DNA of 64,000 nucleotides from Thermodesulfobacteriota bacterium (GTDB lineage: Bacteria; Desulfobacterota; Desulfobacteria; Desulfobacterales; C00003060): positions 1 through 64,000 of the forward strand of contig JAXHVD010000012.1 in the NCBI GenBank assembly GCA_034189385.1, read 5' to 3'. Positions within the stretch are counted from its first letter, which is position 1, and each line of letters starts with the position of its first letter. The notes beneath the pieces are model-generated. The model had not been told where the DNA came from. It saw only the letters and a list, made by a program, of their open reading frames with translations, and ran no database searches. The translations under genes were made by a program, and so were the position numbers. Positions 29,937 to 40,564 of the stretch are shown here, one piece after another.

Positions 29937-32675
29937 ATGAAAGCCGGTCATAAGTACGTCTATTTCTTCGGAGGTGGCAAAGCGGATGGGACTGCCAAGA
30001 TGAAGAATCTCCTGGGTGGGAAGGGTGCCAACATAGCTGAGATGGTTAACCTCGGCATGCCTGTTCCGCCCGGATTCACCCTTACAACAGAGGCGTGCAA
30101 CGAGTTCTACGCCAGGAAACGCAAATACCCGCCAGGCCTAAAGAAGCAGGTTGATGCCAACCTGACGAAAGTCGAGAGGCTCATGAAGCAGAGATTCGGA
30201 GACCCCAAAGATCCGCTTCTTTTCAGCGTCCGCTCCGGCGCCCGGGCTTCCATGCCCGGTATGATGGAAACGGTGCTCAACGTAGGGCTGACTTCAAAGA
30301 CAATTCCGACGCTCATCAAGAAAACAGGAAATCCTCGATTTGTTTATGACGCCTACCGACGGCTCATTGCTATGTACTCTGACGTGGTCATGGAAAAGGC
30401 GGCAGGCATAGAACCGGAAGAAGGCAAGGGAATCCGGGCCCAGTTGGAGGGTCTCATCGACAAGGTGAAAGCAAAGAAGGGGTATGACACGGACCTGGAC
30501 CTTACTGCCGACGACTGGAAATCGCTCTGCACGCAGTTTAAGAAAACCGTCAAGAAAGTCCTTGGGAAACCCTTTCCAGATGATCCCATGGCACAAATGT
30601 GGGGTGCTATTGATGCGGTTTTCCTGTCATGGTTCGGCAAACGGGCTGTGTCATACCGGCGCATTGAGGGACTCCCTGATGATTGGGGAACTGCCGTAAA
30701 TGTCCAGACCATGGTCTTTGGCAACATGGGCGACGACTGTGCCACAGGGGTTGCCTTCACTCGCAACCCGGCCACGGGAGATAATAACTTTTACGGAGAA
30801 TGGCTCATCAACGCCCAGGGCGAAGATGTGGTGGCCGGTATTCGTACCCCCTTTGCCATCAACAATGTTTCTAAAGTGGCCACGAACAAACATTTGCCAA
30901 CGCTGCAAGGTTCCATGCCCAAGCTTTACAAGCAACTTGACGGCTTCAGACGCAAGCTGGACAAGCATTACAGGGACATGCAAGATATAGAATTCACCAT
31001 TCAACATGGCGTTCTCTACATGCTTCAGACTAGGGTTGGAAAACGAAACGGTCCGGCGGCCATCAAAATGGCTGTCGATATGGTGAAGGAACGTCTTATC
31101 ACCAAAAAGGTGGCGGTCTCCCGCGTGAAGCCCGAACAGGTCGATGAATTGCTTCATCCCATGCTGGATATCAAGGCGGAAAAGACCGCCAAAAAGCTAG
31201 GCACCGGCCTTCCTGCCGGTCCCGGCGGCGGAGTTGGCCAGATTGTGCTTACCGCTGACAGGGCCGAGCAATTGGGAAACCAGGGGGAGAAGGTCATCTT
31301 GGTCCGAGAAGAGACGTCGCCGGAAGATGTGCACGGCATGAAGCCTTCTCAGGCCATTTTGACTTCCAAGGGCGGCATGACCAGTCACGCGGCCCTGGTA
31401 GCCAGAGGCTGGGGCAAGTGTTGTATTGTGGGCTGCGGTGACATCGGCCACATTGACATAAAGAACAAGACCGTCAAATTCGGTAACAAGACCCTCAAAG
31501 AAGGGGACTGGATTAGTATGAACGGTACCAAGGGCGTCATCTACGAAGGCAGGCTGCCCATGGTAGCCACGGGCCCGGAAAAGAATCAGAGCTACAAGAA
31601 ACTGATGACCTGGGCGGATCAGATCCGACGTCTCAACGTTCGGACCAATGCAGATACCCCTGAGGATTCCAAGGTGGCCATCGCCTTGGGGGCCGAGGGC
31701 ATTGGGCTGACAAGAACGGAGCACATGTTCTTTGGTGAACGCATCTGGGCCATGCGGGAGATGATCATGGCGGAAGACAAGAAAGGGCGCGAAAAGGCCC
31801 TGGCCAAGCTGTTGCCCATGCAGCGCAAAGACTTCTTTGGCATCTTCAAGGCTATGAAGGGGCGACCGGTCACCATCAGGCTTTTGGACCCGCCTTTGCA
31901 CGAGTTCATCCCCCACGAGAAGGCCACACAAAAAGAGATGGCCAAGCGTTTGGGCGTTTCTGCCAAGGCCGTAGCTGCCAAGGCCGATTTTTTATCGGAG
32001 TTCAACCCCATGTTGGGCCACCGGGGTTGCCGGTTGGGCATCACCTATCCTGAGATTACGGCCATGCAGGCCCGCGCCATCTTTCAAGCGGTGGTCAAAT
32101 GCCGAAAGCAGAAGATCAAGGTGTCTCCGGAAATCATGGTACCCCTTGTGGGCACCTCCGAAGAGTTCAACAATCAGAAGGCTGTCATAGACGCAGTGGC
32201 AGCAGAGGTCATGGCCAAATCGAAGATGAAGTTCCCGTACATGGTAGGCACCATGATTGAAATCCCTCGGGCTGTCTTGGTGGCTGACAAAATCGCTGAG
32301 ACAGCGGAGTTCTTCTCCTTTGGCACCAACGACCTGACGCAGATGGCTTTCGGGTATTCCCGGGATGATGCAGGGGTTTTCCTGCCTGAATATGTGGGGA
32401 ACAAGATCCTTGCAGATGATCCTTTCCAGGCCATTGACGAGGGCGGTGTAGGACAACTCATGAAAATGGGAGTGGAAAGAGGTCGTTCCGCGCGCAAGAG
32501 GCTCAAGATTGGGATCTGCGGTGAGCACGGTGGAGAGCCGAACTCGGTGGCATTCTGCCACAAGATCGGTCTGGATTACGTGAGCTGCTCACCTTTCCGC
32601 GTGCCTATTGCCAGGCTGGCAGCGGCCCACGCCGTTCTGGCCGAAAAGGCAAAAAAGAGAAAGCAGAAGAAATAG
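29937..32675 (+). CDS. ppdK: Pyruvate, phosphate dikinase
   Basis: LLGGKGANIAEM, SVRSGARASMPGMM, GGMTSHAA, SFGTNDLTQ, GICGEHGG; ATG 29937 after GAAAGGAG. Confidence 0.97.
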   Translation: MKAGHKYVYFFGGGKADGTAKMKNLLGGKGANIAEMVNLGMPVPPGFTLTTEACNEFYARKRKYPPGLKKQVDANLTKVERLMKQRFGDPKDPLLFSVRSGARASMPGMMETVLNVGLTSKTIPTLIKKTGNPRFVYDAYRRLIAMYSDVVMEKAAGIEPEEGKGIRAQLEGLIDKVKAKKGYDTDLDLTADDWKSLCTQFKKTVKKVLGKPFPDDPMAQMWGAIDAVFLSWFGKRAVSYRRIEGLPDDWGTAVNVQTMVFGNMGDDCATGVAFTRNPATGDNNFYGEWLINAQGEDVVAGIRTPFAINNVSKVATNKHLPTLQGSMPKLYKQLDGFRRKLDKHYRDMQDIEFTIQHGVLYMLQTRVGKRNGPAAIKMAVDMVKERLITKKVAVSRVKPEQVDELLHPMLDIKAEKTAKKLGTGLPAGPGGGVGQIVLTADRAEQLGNQGEKVILVREETSPEDVHGMKPSQAILTSKGGMTSHAALVARGWGKCCIVGCGDIGHIDIKNKTVKFGNKTLKEGDWISMNGTKGVIYEGRLPMVATGPEKNQSYKKLMTWADQIRRLNVRTNADTPEDSKVAIALGAEGIGLTRTEHMFFGERIWAMREMIMAEDKKGREKALAKLLPMQRKDFFGIFKAMKGRPVTIRLLDPPLHEFIPHEKATQKEMAKRLGVSAKAVAAKADFLSEFNPMLGHRGCRLGITYPEITAMQARAIFQAVVKCRKQKIKVSPEIMVPLVGTSEEFNNQKAVIDAVAAEVMAKSKMKFPYMVGTMIEIPRAVLVADKIAETAEFFSFGTNDLTQMAFGYSRDDAGVFLPEYVGNKILADDPFQAIDEGGVGQLMKMGVERGRSARKRLKIGICGEHGGEPNSVAFCHKIGLDYVSCSPFRVPIARLAAAHAVLAEKAKKRKQKK

Positions 32676-32709
32676 GATTTGCAACGGCCCAAGACACGAC
32701 ACAGACTGA

Positions 32710-32735
32710 AAGCCTCGGTCTTCAAGACGGGGCTT
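32710..32735 (+). terminator. Possible hairpin terminator after ppdK
   Basis: AAGCCTCGGTC-TTCAA-GACGGGGCTT imperfect stem; weak U tract. Confidence 0.3.
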
Positions 32736-32749
32736 CATACTTTGAGCAG

Positions 32750-33877
32750 ATGATCTATCTGGACCACAATGCCACCACCCCCATAGCCCCGGAGGTGGCA
32801 GAGGCCATGAGGCCGCACGTAGGCAAGGCGTATGGGAACCCCAGTAGCAGCCATGGACTGGGGCGTGAGGCCAAACAAACCTTGGAAGGGGCTCGGGCCG
32901 AGGTGGCAAAGCTCATCGGCTGCCAGCCACGGGAAGTGGTGTTCACGAGCGGCGGCACTGAGTCCAACAACATGGCTATAAAGGGGGTGGCTTACAGCTT
33001 TGCGCGCAAAGGTCGGCATATTGTTACCACGGAAATTGAACACCCTGCTGTAACAAATCCCTGCCTTTTCTTGATGTATCAAGGCTATGAAGTTACCTTT
33101 TTGCCGGTCGACCGATTTGGGTTGGTAGATCCTTTGGCCGTGCGGGATGCCATCAAGCCAACGACCACATTGGTTTCCGTCATGCATGCCAACAATGAGA
33201 CAGGGGCCGTGCAGCCCATCGAGCAGATCGGCGAACTGGCGCAGGCTGCTGGCGTCCTTTTTCATGTTGACGCGGCCCAGTCTGCAGGTAAGATACCTGT
33301 GGATGTCTCAGAATTGCGGGTGGACTTTCTCTCCCTGGCAGGCCACAAGATGTACGCACCAAAGGGCATCGGAGCCCTATTCGTAAGGGATGGATTGGAA
33401 ATCGAGCCCTTTATGCACGGAGCGGGCCAGGAATCGGGCCGCAGAGCGGGCACAGAGAACGTGATGTTTGCAGTGGCCTTGGCAAGGGCCTGTGCTCTGG
33501 CCCGTATGAAGATGTCAGAAGAGGCTGAGCGCATAAGGGATTTGCGGGATCGATTCCACGAGCTTCTTACCGGGCATATTCCCGGACTTGTCTTGAACGG
33601 ACATGCACATGCGCGTCTTCCCAACACTCTCAATGTCTCCCTGCCCGGTGTCAACGGTGCCACTCTCCTTGATGCCATTCCCAAGATCTGTGCATCCACT
33701 GGCGCGGCCTGTCATGACCATTCAGTAAGCCTCTCTCACGTCCTTGCAGCCATGCAGATCCCAGAAGAAATAGGACGAGGGGCCATTCGGTTGACTCTCG
33801 GCAGGGAGAATACTGAAGCGGAAATCGAGACAGCTGCAGAAATGATTGTACAAGCGTACAATAGGCTAAAAGGGTGA
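32750..33877 (+). CDS. Cysteine desulfurase (IscS/NifS group I)
   Basis: YLDHNATTP, FTSGGTESNN, MHANNETG, GHKMYAPKG, STGAACH. Confidence 0.93.
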   Translation: MIYLDHNATTPIAPEVAEAMRPHVGKAYGNPSSSHGLGREAKQTLEGARAEVAKLIGCQPREVVFTSGGTESNNMAIKGVAYSFARKGRHIVTTEIEHPAVTNPCLFLMYQGYEVTFLPVDRFGLVDPLAVRDAIKPTTTLVSVMHANNETGAVQPIEQIGELAQAAGVLFHVDAAQSAGKIPVDVSELRVDFLSLAGHKMYAPKGIGALFVRDGLEIEPFMHGAGQESGRRAGTENVMFAVALARACALARMKMSEEAERIRDLRDRFHELLTGHIPGLVLNGHAHARLPNTLNVSLPGVNGATLLDAIPKICASTGAACHDHSVSLSHVLAAMQIPEEIGRGAIRLTLGRENTEAEIETAAEMIVQAYNRLKG

Positions 33878-34138
33878 CACACTCGCCTCTTTTGTAGAAG
33901 TCACTCCACCTTGGCATCATCATGGCTATTAACGCCACAAAAGAAATCTGGCGATGTAATCAATTGACAGCGCAGGCATGTCTTGTAAGGCAAATCATCC
34001 CATGGGAGACGGAGAGATCCATGACTGACGTTATCCCAAGATGCCTATCCTGCGCTGCAATAGCGCACAGTGTCTCATGGCAGCGGGATTGAAAAAACCG
34101 AAGATTGAAAAGAAGATGACCCCCATACCGAAGAAGCA

Positions 34139-37100
34139 TTGAAAAGGAGGTATGGATTTCCTGTGGGTAGACAAAGAAGGATATGGGGCCGGGTGGCTGG
34201 AGGGCTGGGGGCTCTTTTTTTCCTCTTTATAGTCGTTGCGCTTGCCTTGCCCAAGCTCATCAACCTTTCACCCGTGAGAGAGAAGATCCTCGCCAATATC
34301 TCCCAGGCAGTGGGAGGCGAGGTGGCATGTGGAAAGGTTGCTCTCTCGTTACTGCCCCGCCCTAAAGTGCTGATCCACGAAGGAAGCATATCGATTCCCG
34401 CAAGACTCGCCGGTTCCGTCGAGTCCATAACGGTTTACCCCAGAGTTTTACCTCTTCTCAGGGCGGACGTTCGGCCTGCTAAGCTCCTACTTGAAGGACC
34501 CGCTCTCAGAGTGACAATCCCGCAAAGTCTCCAAAAGCACAGGGAGGGACAAAAAGAAGGCTCTGGCCCAACCCTTGAAGAGAAAATGGCGGCTCCTTTG
34601 GCTGTCATTGCATCCAAAGCACCCGGCATTGTCGTGCAGTTAAAAAGGGGGACGCTAAATCTACGACAAGAGGACCAGTCCCTTCTGAGCCTTCAGGATG
34701 TTGACGGATGGCTCACCCTCCAGCCAAGTAAAATGGCCTGCCAGCTTACCTGTAAATCCCATTTTTGGGAGAGCCTTTACCTGGAGGCACAGATGTCTCC
34801 GCAGGTCCGCTTGGAGCTGGAGGCCAGAAGGGTGGATGTGCGTTCCACACGGAAAGCAGCCCTGGCGTTGGCAGGCAACATTCGCGAGATCCAAAACATT
34901 TTTGATATTCTTCAAGATGGCGAGGCGACGGTGATCACGTTCCGAACCCATGGGAGTTCTCTGATTGATCTGGCAAAACTCCAGAACATGTCTATTGAGG
35001 GCAGCCTGAGAGGAGGGAAGATCTCTATTGCCCGGGTTGACATGGCTCTTGAGGAAGTCAATGGGAATGTGGTCATTTCGCAGGGCATCTTGGAGGGACA
35101 CAATCTTGAAGCACGGTTGGGTGACGCCCAGGGGCGCAAAGGATTGTTGAAATTGGGCCTCAGGGGAAAAGACGCCCCTTTCCATCTTGAAATAGACATA
35201 GAGACCGATCTGGTTCAACTTAGGTCAACCCTGCGACAGTTTGTGAAGAATGAAGCCTTTCTAAGAGAAGTGAATGGCATACAGGACATCAGAGGCAACG
35301 CTGTGGGAAGGTTGATCCTGGGAGAAAGCATGAAGACCATCACGGCAAGGGTCGATGTGTCCAGGTTTCACCTGTCCGGCGATTACCAACGCATTCCTTA
35401 TCCGGTGGAGGTTCATGGAGGGCACTTCGCCTATGAAAAATCGGGCGTCTGCGTAGAAAACGTGAGGGGCATGTTGGGGAAGTCTACTTTTTCCGATCTT
35501 TCTGCGGATCTCAAGTGGGAAATAGAGCCCCACCTTGAGGTCACATCCGGGAAGCTCAGGCTCGTACTAGACGAGATCTGTCCATGGCTTGCCTCATTTG
35601 AAGAAGTGCGCAACGCAGCAACAGATATAGGCAGTGTGGCTGGCAGCCTCACCCTATCTCACTTGAGCGGGAAAGGACCACTTCACAGGCTCAAAGAATG
35701 GCACTTCAACATCACTGGTGAAGTTGAGGGGCTGGCTGTTGAAAGCAGTCTCCTTTCAGGGCCAATAAAGGTGACGAGGGGGGGCTTTCACGCCCTTGAG
35801 AATGGAAAGAGGCAAGAACTCTCTCTCGCAGAGGTTCAATTGACCGTGCTGGATGCCTCGCTCAAGGTCTCGGGGGTTTTGAGGGACTACCTGGCAGGCC
35901 TCAATGGGGCAGACCTAAGACTTGAAGGCGAACTGGGTTCAGAATCTACTGAATGGTTTTCAAGGGCTATTGGCATGTCGCCTTTGCTGAGACCTGGGTC
36001 TCCTCTGAGCATTTCGAAGGGCCATCTCGCCTATTCCAGGAATGCCGCAGCATCTTTTCGAGGAGACTTGGTCGTGCAAGGGGGTCCTAAAGTCACCATC
36101 GACATTATTAAAGAGGACAAAAAGCTGTGCATCCGGAACATACATGTTCAAGATCAGGACACCAGCGCCACCCTAAAACTTGATGTCACGAGAGAAGCGT
36201 TCAACCTGGAATTTTCGGGCAACTTGACAAAGACGACCATGAACAGGCTCTTCGAAGAAGCGAAAGCTGCCCAAGGGTGGGTGGAAGGAAATATGCTCAT
36301 CCATTTTCAGAGGGATGAGCCGGCAAAATCAAAAGCCCATGGAAGACTCAAGGGCGGAGATCTTCTCCTACCTTTGGGTGTGAAAGCGCCTTTGGAGATC
36401 GACAGCATTTCTCTAGACGTGAAAGAGAATGCTCTCCGGGTGCATTCCGCAGTTTGCATGTGGGAAAACAACCGGATGGCTGCCAAAGGTGGTGTCCACT
36501 TTACCGACGAAGGGCTTCAAGTCGACATGGACCTTTCCACAAAAGACCTAGACTGGAAGACCATAGCAAATGCCCTTGGTCGGGGAAGTGAAACAGAGAA
36601 AGGGGAAGGACATTTGTGGGCCCTTCCTTTCTGCGGGAAGGTCAGGCTTAATGCAGAGCGTTTCACCTATGACCGCTTTGTGTGGACCCCTTTCCATGCA
36701 GACGTGGCCTTTACCCCGGACGAAATAGACGTGGCGATTTTAGAGGCAAATCTATGCAGCATTGCGACTCCAGGGACTCTGAGGGTAACGCCTCATCAGA
36801 TATCACTGGATTTCAAACCCGCTTCTACGAATCAGGATCTGGGCGCAGCCTTCACGTGCTTCCTGGAAGAGAAGAAGCAGATGACGGGAACCTTTTCTTT
36901 CGCAGGGCAAATCAGGGCCCAAGAAAAGCCTGAAGCGCTTCTTGAATCAACCTGGGGCGCTCTGGAATTCATGGCCAAGGACGGGCGGATTTACCGTTAC
37001 GGACTGCTGGCAAAGGTCCTGGCCTTTGTCAATCTCACTGAGGTCTTTAGGGGCAAGGTTCCGGGCTTTGCTGAAAAGGGGCTCCCCTACGATTCCGTGG

Positions 37101-37477
37101 AGGTTGAGGCCCTTGTAGAGGACGGCAGACTTGCACTGAAAAAGGGATTGATGATGGGCCCATCAGTAGAAATTGCCTGCACTGGTGCGGTGGATCTCAT
37201 GAACAAGAAGTATGATCTCACGTATCTGGTAGCCCCTTTAAAGACTGTGGATTCTCTGGCAAAAAAGATTCCTGTACTGGGCCGTATCCTGGGGGGGACT
37301 GTTGTCTCCATTCCGGTCAAGGTCACGGGCGATTGGTCCAATCCCACCGTCAAACCCCTTTCGGCTTCAGCAGTTGGATCCGGGGTTTTGGGAATCATGG
37401 AAAGGGCTCTTAAGCTTCCCGTTGAGGTCATGGAATCAATACCTATCAGAGAGAGGCGGGAACACGGCGTTGACTAA
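34139..37477 (+). CDS. AsmA-like large envelope protein
   Basis: N-terminal TM helix, long beta-rich body, AsmA-like C-terminus (VAPLKTVD...KIPVLGRIL...VTGDWSNP). Confidence 0.8.
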   Translation: MKRRYGFPVGRQRRIWGRVAGGLGALFFLFIVVALALPKLINLSPVREKILANISQAVGGEVACGKVALSLLPRPKVLIHEGSISIPARLAGSVESITVYPRVLPLLRADVRPAKLLLEGPALRVTIPQSLQKHREGQKEGSGPTLEEKMAAPLAVIASKAPGIVVQLKRGTLNLRQEDQSLLSLQDVDGWLTLQPSKMACQLTCKSHFWESLYLEAQMSPQVRLELEARRVDVRSTRKAALALAGNIREIQNIFDILQDGEATVITFRTHGSSLIDLAKLQNMSIEGSLRGGKISIARVDMALEEVNGNVVISQGILEGHNLEARLGDAQGRKGLLKLGLRGKDAPFHLEIDIETDLVQLRSTLRQFVKNEAFLREVNGIQDIRGNAVGRLILGESMKTITARVDVSRFHLSGDYQRIPYPVEVHGGHFAYEKSGVCVENVRGMLGKSTFSDLSADLKWEIEPHLEVTSGKLRLVLDEICPWLASFEEVRNAATDIGSVAGSLTLSHLSGKGPLHRLKEWHFNITGEVEGLAVESSLLSGPIKVTRGGFHALENGKRQELSLAEVQLTVLDASLKVSGVLRDYLAGLNGADLRLEGELGSESTEWFSRAIGMSPLLRPGSPLSISKGHLAYSRNAAASFRGDLVVQGGPKVTIDIIKEDKKLCIRNIHVQDQDTSATLKLDVTREAFNLEFSGNLTKTTMNRLFEEAKAAQGWVEGNMLIHFQRDEPAKSKAHGRLKGGDLLLPLGVKAPLEIDSISLDVKENALRVHSAVCMWENNRMAAKGGVHFTDEGLQVDMDLSTKDLDWKTIANALGRGSETEKGEGHLWALPFCGKVRLNAERFTYDRFVWTPFHADVAFTPDEIDVAILEANLCSIATPGTLRVTPHQISLDFKPASTNQDLGAAFTCFLEEKKQMTGTFSFAGQIRAQEKPEALLESTWGALEFMAKDGRIYRYGLLAKVLAFVNLTEVFRGKVPGFAEKGLPYDSVEVEALVEDGRLALKKGLMMGPSVEIACTGAVDLMNKKYDLTYLVAPLKTVDSLAKKIPVLGRILGGTVVSIPVKVTGDWSNPTVKPLSASAVGSGVLGIMERALKLPVEVMESIPIRERREHGVD

Positions 37478-37503
37478 GAAGCAAGGCTCTTTTCTAGGAT
37501 GGG

Positions 37504-38439
37504 GTGAGGATTATGAATCGGCAAGCATGGCCCATCAATGCAAAGGGAAACCGTTGGAGCATAGTCTTTTTCCTAAGCTCTCTGCTTGTTCTATGTTGCT
37601 TGCTGTCGTGCACGCCAAACGTGGGCATAAAGGATGGGCAAGATCATTTTGTGGAGCTTGATGGTCTTCGTCTTCACTACGTGCGTTATGGAAAAGGCCA
37701 AGAAGCTGTTGTTTTTATCCATGGGTGGACCTGCGACTCCAGTTTTTGGCGGTTTCAGATTCCTGCCTTTAAGAAAGGCAGCAACCTGATCGTTGTGGAT
37801 CTTCCTGGCCACGGCCAGAGCGACAAGCCTCCAATCGTATACACACAAGACCTGTTCGCAAGGGCGGTGAACGCTACGCTCGTGGACGCGGGAATTGAGC
37901 GTGTCGTGCTCGTGGGCCACAGCATGGGGATGTCTGTTGCCAGGCAGTTCATTAGGAAGTACCCAGACAAGGCAAGAGCCCTTGTCAATGTGGATGGTGC
38001 CTTCTATCGTATGCCAAAGGATCAGCTCAAACTCAGGGTATGGATGAAGGGCAACGCTAGATTTGTTCAGCGTTTCAAAGGGCCGGACTACAAGGCCTTT
38101 GCCGGAGGCTTCATTGATTCCATGTTTGTGGAAGAAACGCCTGTCCAGCTTCGCGAACAGATAAAGTCCGTCATGCTGAGCACGCCACAGCATGTGGCAG
38201 TTAGCGCCTTGGAAGCCTTTGGCGATCCAAGGCTGTGGCAAGAAGATGCCGTGACTCTGCCGACCCTTGCCATCTATGCACAAACGTCGGACCTTCCTGA
38301 GGACTCTGGATCCTATCTTAGAAGGCTCTTTCCCGATTTGGAATTCCAACAATGGGAAGGTTGCGGTCACTTTCTGTTTATGGAGCAGCCGGCAAGGTTC
38401 AATAAGACACTCCTGGAATTCTTGGCCGAACAGGGGTAA
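37504..38439 (+). CDS. Alpha/beta hydrolase, possible lipoprotein
   Basis: FIHGW, DLPGHGQS, GHSMG, GHFLFME; LLSC lipobox-like. Confidence 0.9.
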   Translation: MRIMNRQAWPINAKGNRWSIVFFLSSLLVLCCLLSCTPNVGIKDGQDHFVELDGLRLHYVRYGKGQEAVVFIHGWTCDSSFWRFQIPAFKKGSNLIVVDLPGHGQSDKPPIVYTQDLFARAVNATLVDAGIERVVLVGHSMGMSVARQFIRKYPDKARALVNVDGAFYRMPKDQLKLRVWMKGNARFVQRFKGPDYKAFAGGFIDSMFVEETPVQLREQIKSVMLSTPQHVAVSALEAFGDPRLWQEDAVTLPTLAIYAQTSDLPEDSGSYLRRLFPDLEFQQWEGCGHFLFMEQPARFNKTLLEFLAEQG

Positions 38440-38724
38440 GGGACGGGGCTGCTTTTTTCCTCTTTCGTCCCTCGCAAGCACTGCTTCTCTCACCATTTCT
38501 TATTCCGCTTTTCCGTGTGCACGGAACACAGAAACTTGCTGGGCACTTTTGTTGTTTATAGAAGCAAAGAGGGCTTTTCAGGCAATTGGCACATGGCACT
38601 GACTCTAGGCAGAACTATCTCAACAAGGACAAGTTCAGACTGGAGGGCATTGAGGGAGAAAGGGTCACCGTGAGGCTGGAACCAGACCCAGGAGGAAATT
38701 GGAAATAGCGGCCTTTGAGGCAAA

Positions 38725-39738
38725 TCAAATCCCCAGGCCGTCTATCACTGCATCACACTTCGGGCACTTGCCATCTTTTATGACATTCTTGGATATGTGA
38801 TAGCCCCACCGTTGAATCAAGATTTCGCCGCAATGGTAACAAATCGTATTCTCCCCTTCGTCTCCGGGAAGATTTCCGCTGTATACATAGCGAAGCCCAG
38901 CAGCAAGGCCGATTGTCCTGGCCTCGTGAATGCTTTCCGCCGAGGTCGCCGGACGGTCGGTGAGCCTATGGGTCGGATGAAACCGGCTAATGTGCCATGG
39001 CGTGTCACGGCCAAGTGCGTCGCCAATAAAGGTGGCCAATTGTCCCAATTCTTGCCTGTCGTCATTGAGACCAGGAATAAGCAACGTTGTCACCTCTACA
39101 AAGATACCAGCTGATTTCATGACTCGCAGTGTTTCCATCACATGTTTTCGCTTCGCGCCACACTGTTCTCTGTAGAACTTATCGTTAAAAGCCTTTAAAT
39201 CCACGTTGGCTGCATCTAGATACGGCGTAATCATGTGGACGGCCTCTGGGGTCATGTATCCATTAGTCACAAACACATTAACGATGCCCTTTTCATGGGC
39301 AAGCTTGGCAGTATTATATGCGAATTCAAAAAAGACCGTTGGCTCCGTATAGGTATAAGCAATGCTCCGACAGCCAGCCTGCGCTGCAGCCGTCACCACA
39401 TCTTCAGGGCTGTAATGGTCCCCGATGATGGCGCCCTTGCGGTCTGCCGGGAACTGGGCGATATCAGCGTTCTGACAAAAACGGCATCTGAAATTGCAGC
39501 CCACTGTGGCAATGGAATAAGAAAGGGTGCTGGGAAACACGTGATAGAGGGGCTTCTTCTCAATGGGATCGACATGCCGGGCGATAAGCCTTCCATATAC
39601 GAGTGTCCTCAGGACCCCTTTCTGGTTTTCTCGAACTCCGCACAGGCCCAGCTTTCCCTCTTTGATGATACATCGGTGATGACAAAGATCGCATCGGACT
39701 TTTCTTCCGTCCAGTCTTTGGTACAGATAGGCCTCCAT
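38725..39738 (-). CDS. amrS: AmmeMemoRadiSam system radical SAM enzyme
   Basis: CDLCHHRC, DPIEKKPLYH, GCNFRCRFCQN, YTYTEP, SRFHP. Confidence 0.92.
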   Translation of the reverse strand: MEAYLYQRLDGRKVRCDLCHHRCIIKEGKLGLCGVRENQKGVLRTLVYGRLIARHVDPIEKKPLYHVFPSTLSYSIATVGCNFRCRFCQNADIAQFPADRKGAIIGDHYSPEDVVTAAAQAGCRSIAYTYTEPTVFFEFAYNTAKLAHEKGIVNVFVTNGYMTPEAVHMITPYLDAANVDLKAFNDKFYREQCGAKRKHVMETLRVMKSAGIFVEVTTLLIPGLNDDRQELGQLATFIGDALGRDTPWHISRFHPTHRLTDRPATSAESIHEARTIGLAAGLRYVYSGNLPGDEGENTICYHCGEILIQRWGYHISKNVIKDGKCPKCDAVIDGLGI

Positions 39739-39769
39739 ACGGCGAGCCTCCCAAGTGCCTACTTCCTTC

Positions 39770-40564
39770 TTAGGTTTTCGCAGGTGGACACTGACTTGAA
39801 TGTGTTGGGGTCTGCATGAGGCTTGGCGCGGCCTTTGTCGGCTGGCGAACATACTCGTCTATGGGAATGTTCTTGGTTCGATACCGGGGTACCAGGGTGA
39901 CCGCCATGCCGATGAAGGTCCCAAAGGGAGACTTCTGAACCAGGAAGTACCTTTCAAGGTACTGAGTGTACTTCTTCAAACTGCCAGGAAACTGAGGGGC
40001 CGTACCCCAACGTACAGGTGTTTTTCCCAGGATTTCCCGGACGTATCTTTTCAGTTCCCAGACACTAAAGAAGCTTGCCCGATTGTAGACGCTTTGTGAA
40101 AACATGCCCTTCACCCTTCGCTCAATCGCCTTGACGGAATATCGGTTTAAAGCACCCAGAAAAACGCGGTCCTTGGCTACACGACAGGCCTCCTGAAGGG
40201 CCTTGTAGGGATCGTCTACAAACTCAAGGGTGGTCACCAGGGTAGCAATGTCGAAACTGTTATCTTCAAAAGGGAGAGCCTCAGCCAAACCCTGCCGCAA
40301 TTCCCCTCGATGGCCTAGCCTCTTTTTTGCCACTTCGAGCATGTGAGGGGAAGCGTCCAAACCTGTGACGTCCAGGCCCATTTCAAGAAACATGAAAAGG
40401 TCTCTTCCCGTGCCACACCCGATATCCAATACACGCTCCCCTCGGACGGGACGGAGCAATCTTAGCATCACGTGATCTTCAAGGTCAGCAACAAAGCGGT
40501 TCTGCGGGTTCACATACCAGTCGTCGTATCTCTGGGCCTCTTTGAAACCGAAAATATATCCCAT
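39770..40564 (-). CDS. Class I SAM-dependent methyltransferase (methyltransf_11)
   Basis: VLDIGCGTG, AEALPFEDNSFD; start uncertain (ORF extends to 40687). Confidence 0.88.
   Translation of the reverse strand: MGYIFGFKEAQRYDDWYVNPQNRFVADLEDHVMLRLLRPVRGERVLDIGCGTGRDLFMFLEMGLDVTGLDASPHMLEVAKKRLGHRGELRQGLAEALPFEDNSFDIATLVTTLEFVDDPYKALQEACRVAKDRVFLGALNRYSVKAIERRVKGMFSQSVYNRASFFSVWELKRYVREILGKTPVRWGTAPQFPGSLKKYTQYLERYFLVQKSPFGTFIGMAVTLVPRYRTKNIPIDEYVRQPTKAAPSLMQTPTHSSQCPPAKT

Noticed and set aside
37591..38496. 301-aa antisense ORF, and similar long shadow ORFs over metK, ppsA, ppdK, korA and the bat genes
   Set aside because: They lie opposite well-supported genes and have no recognisable motifs.
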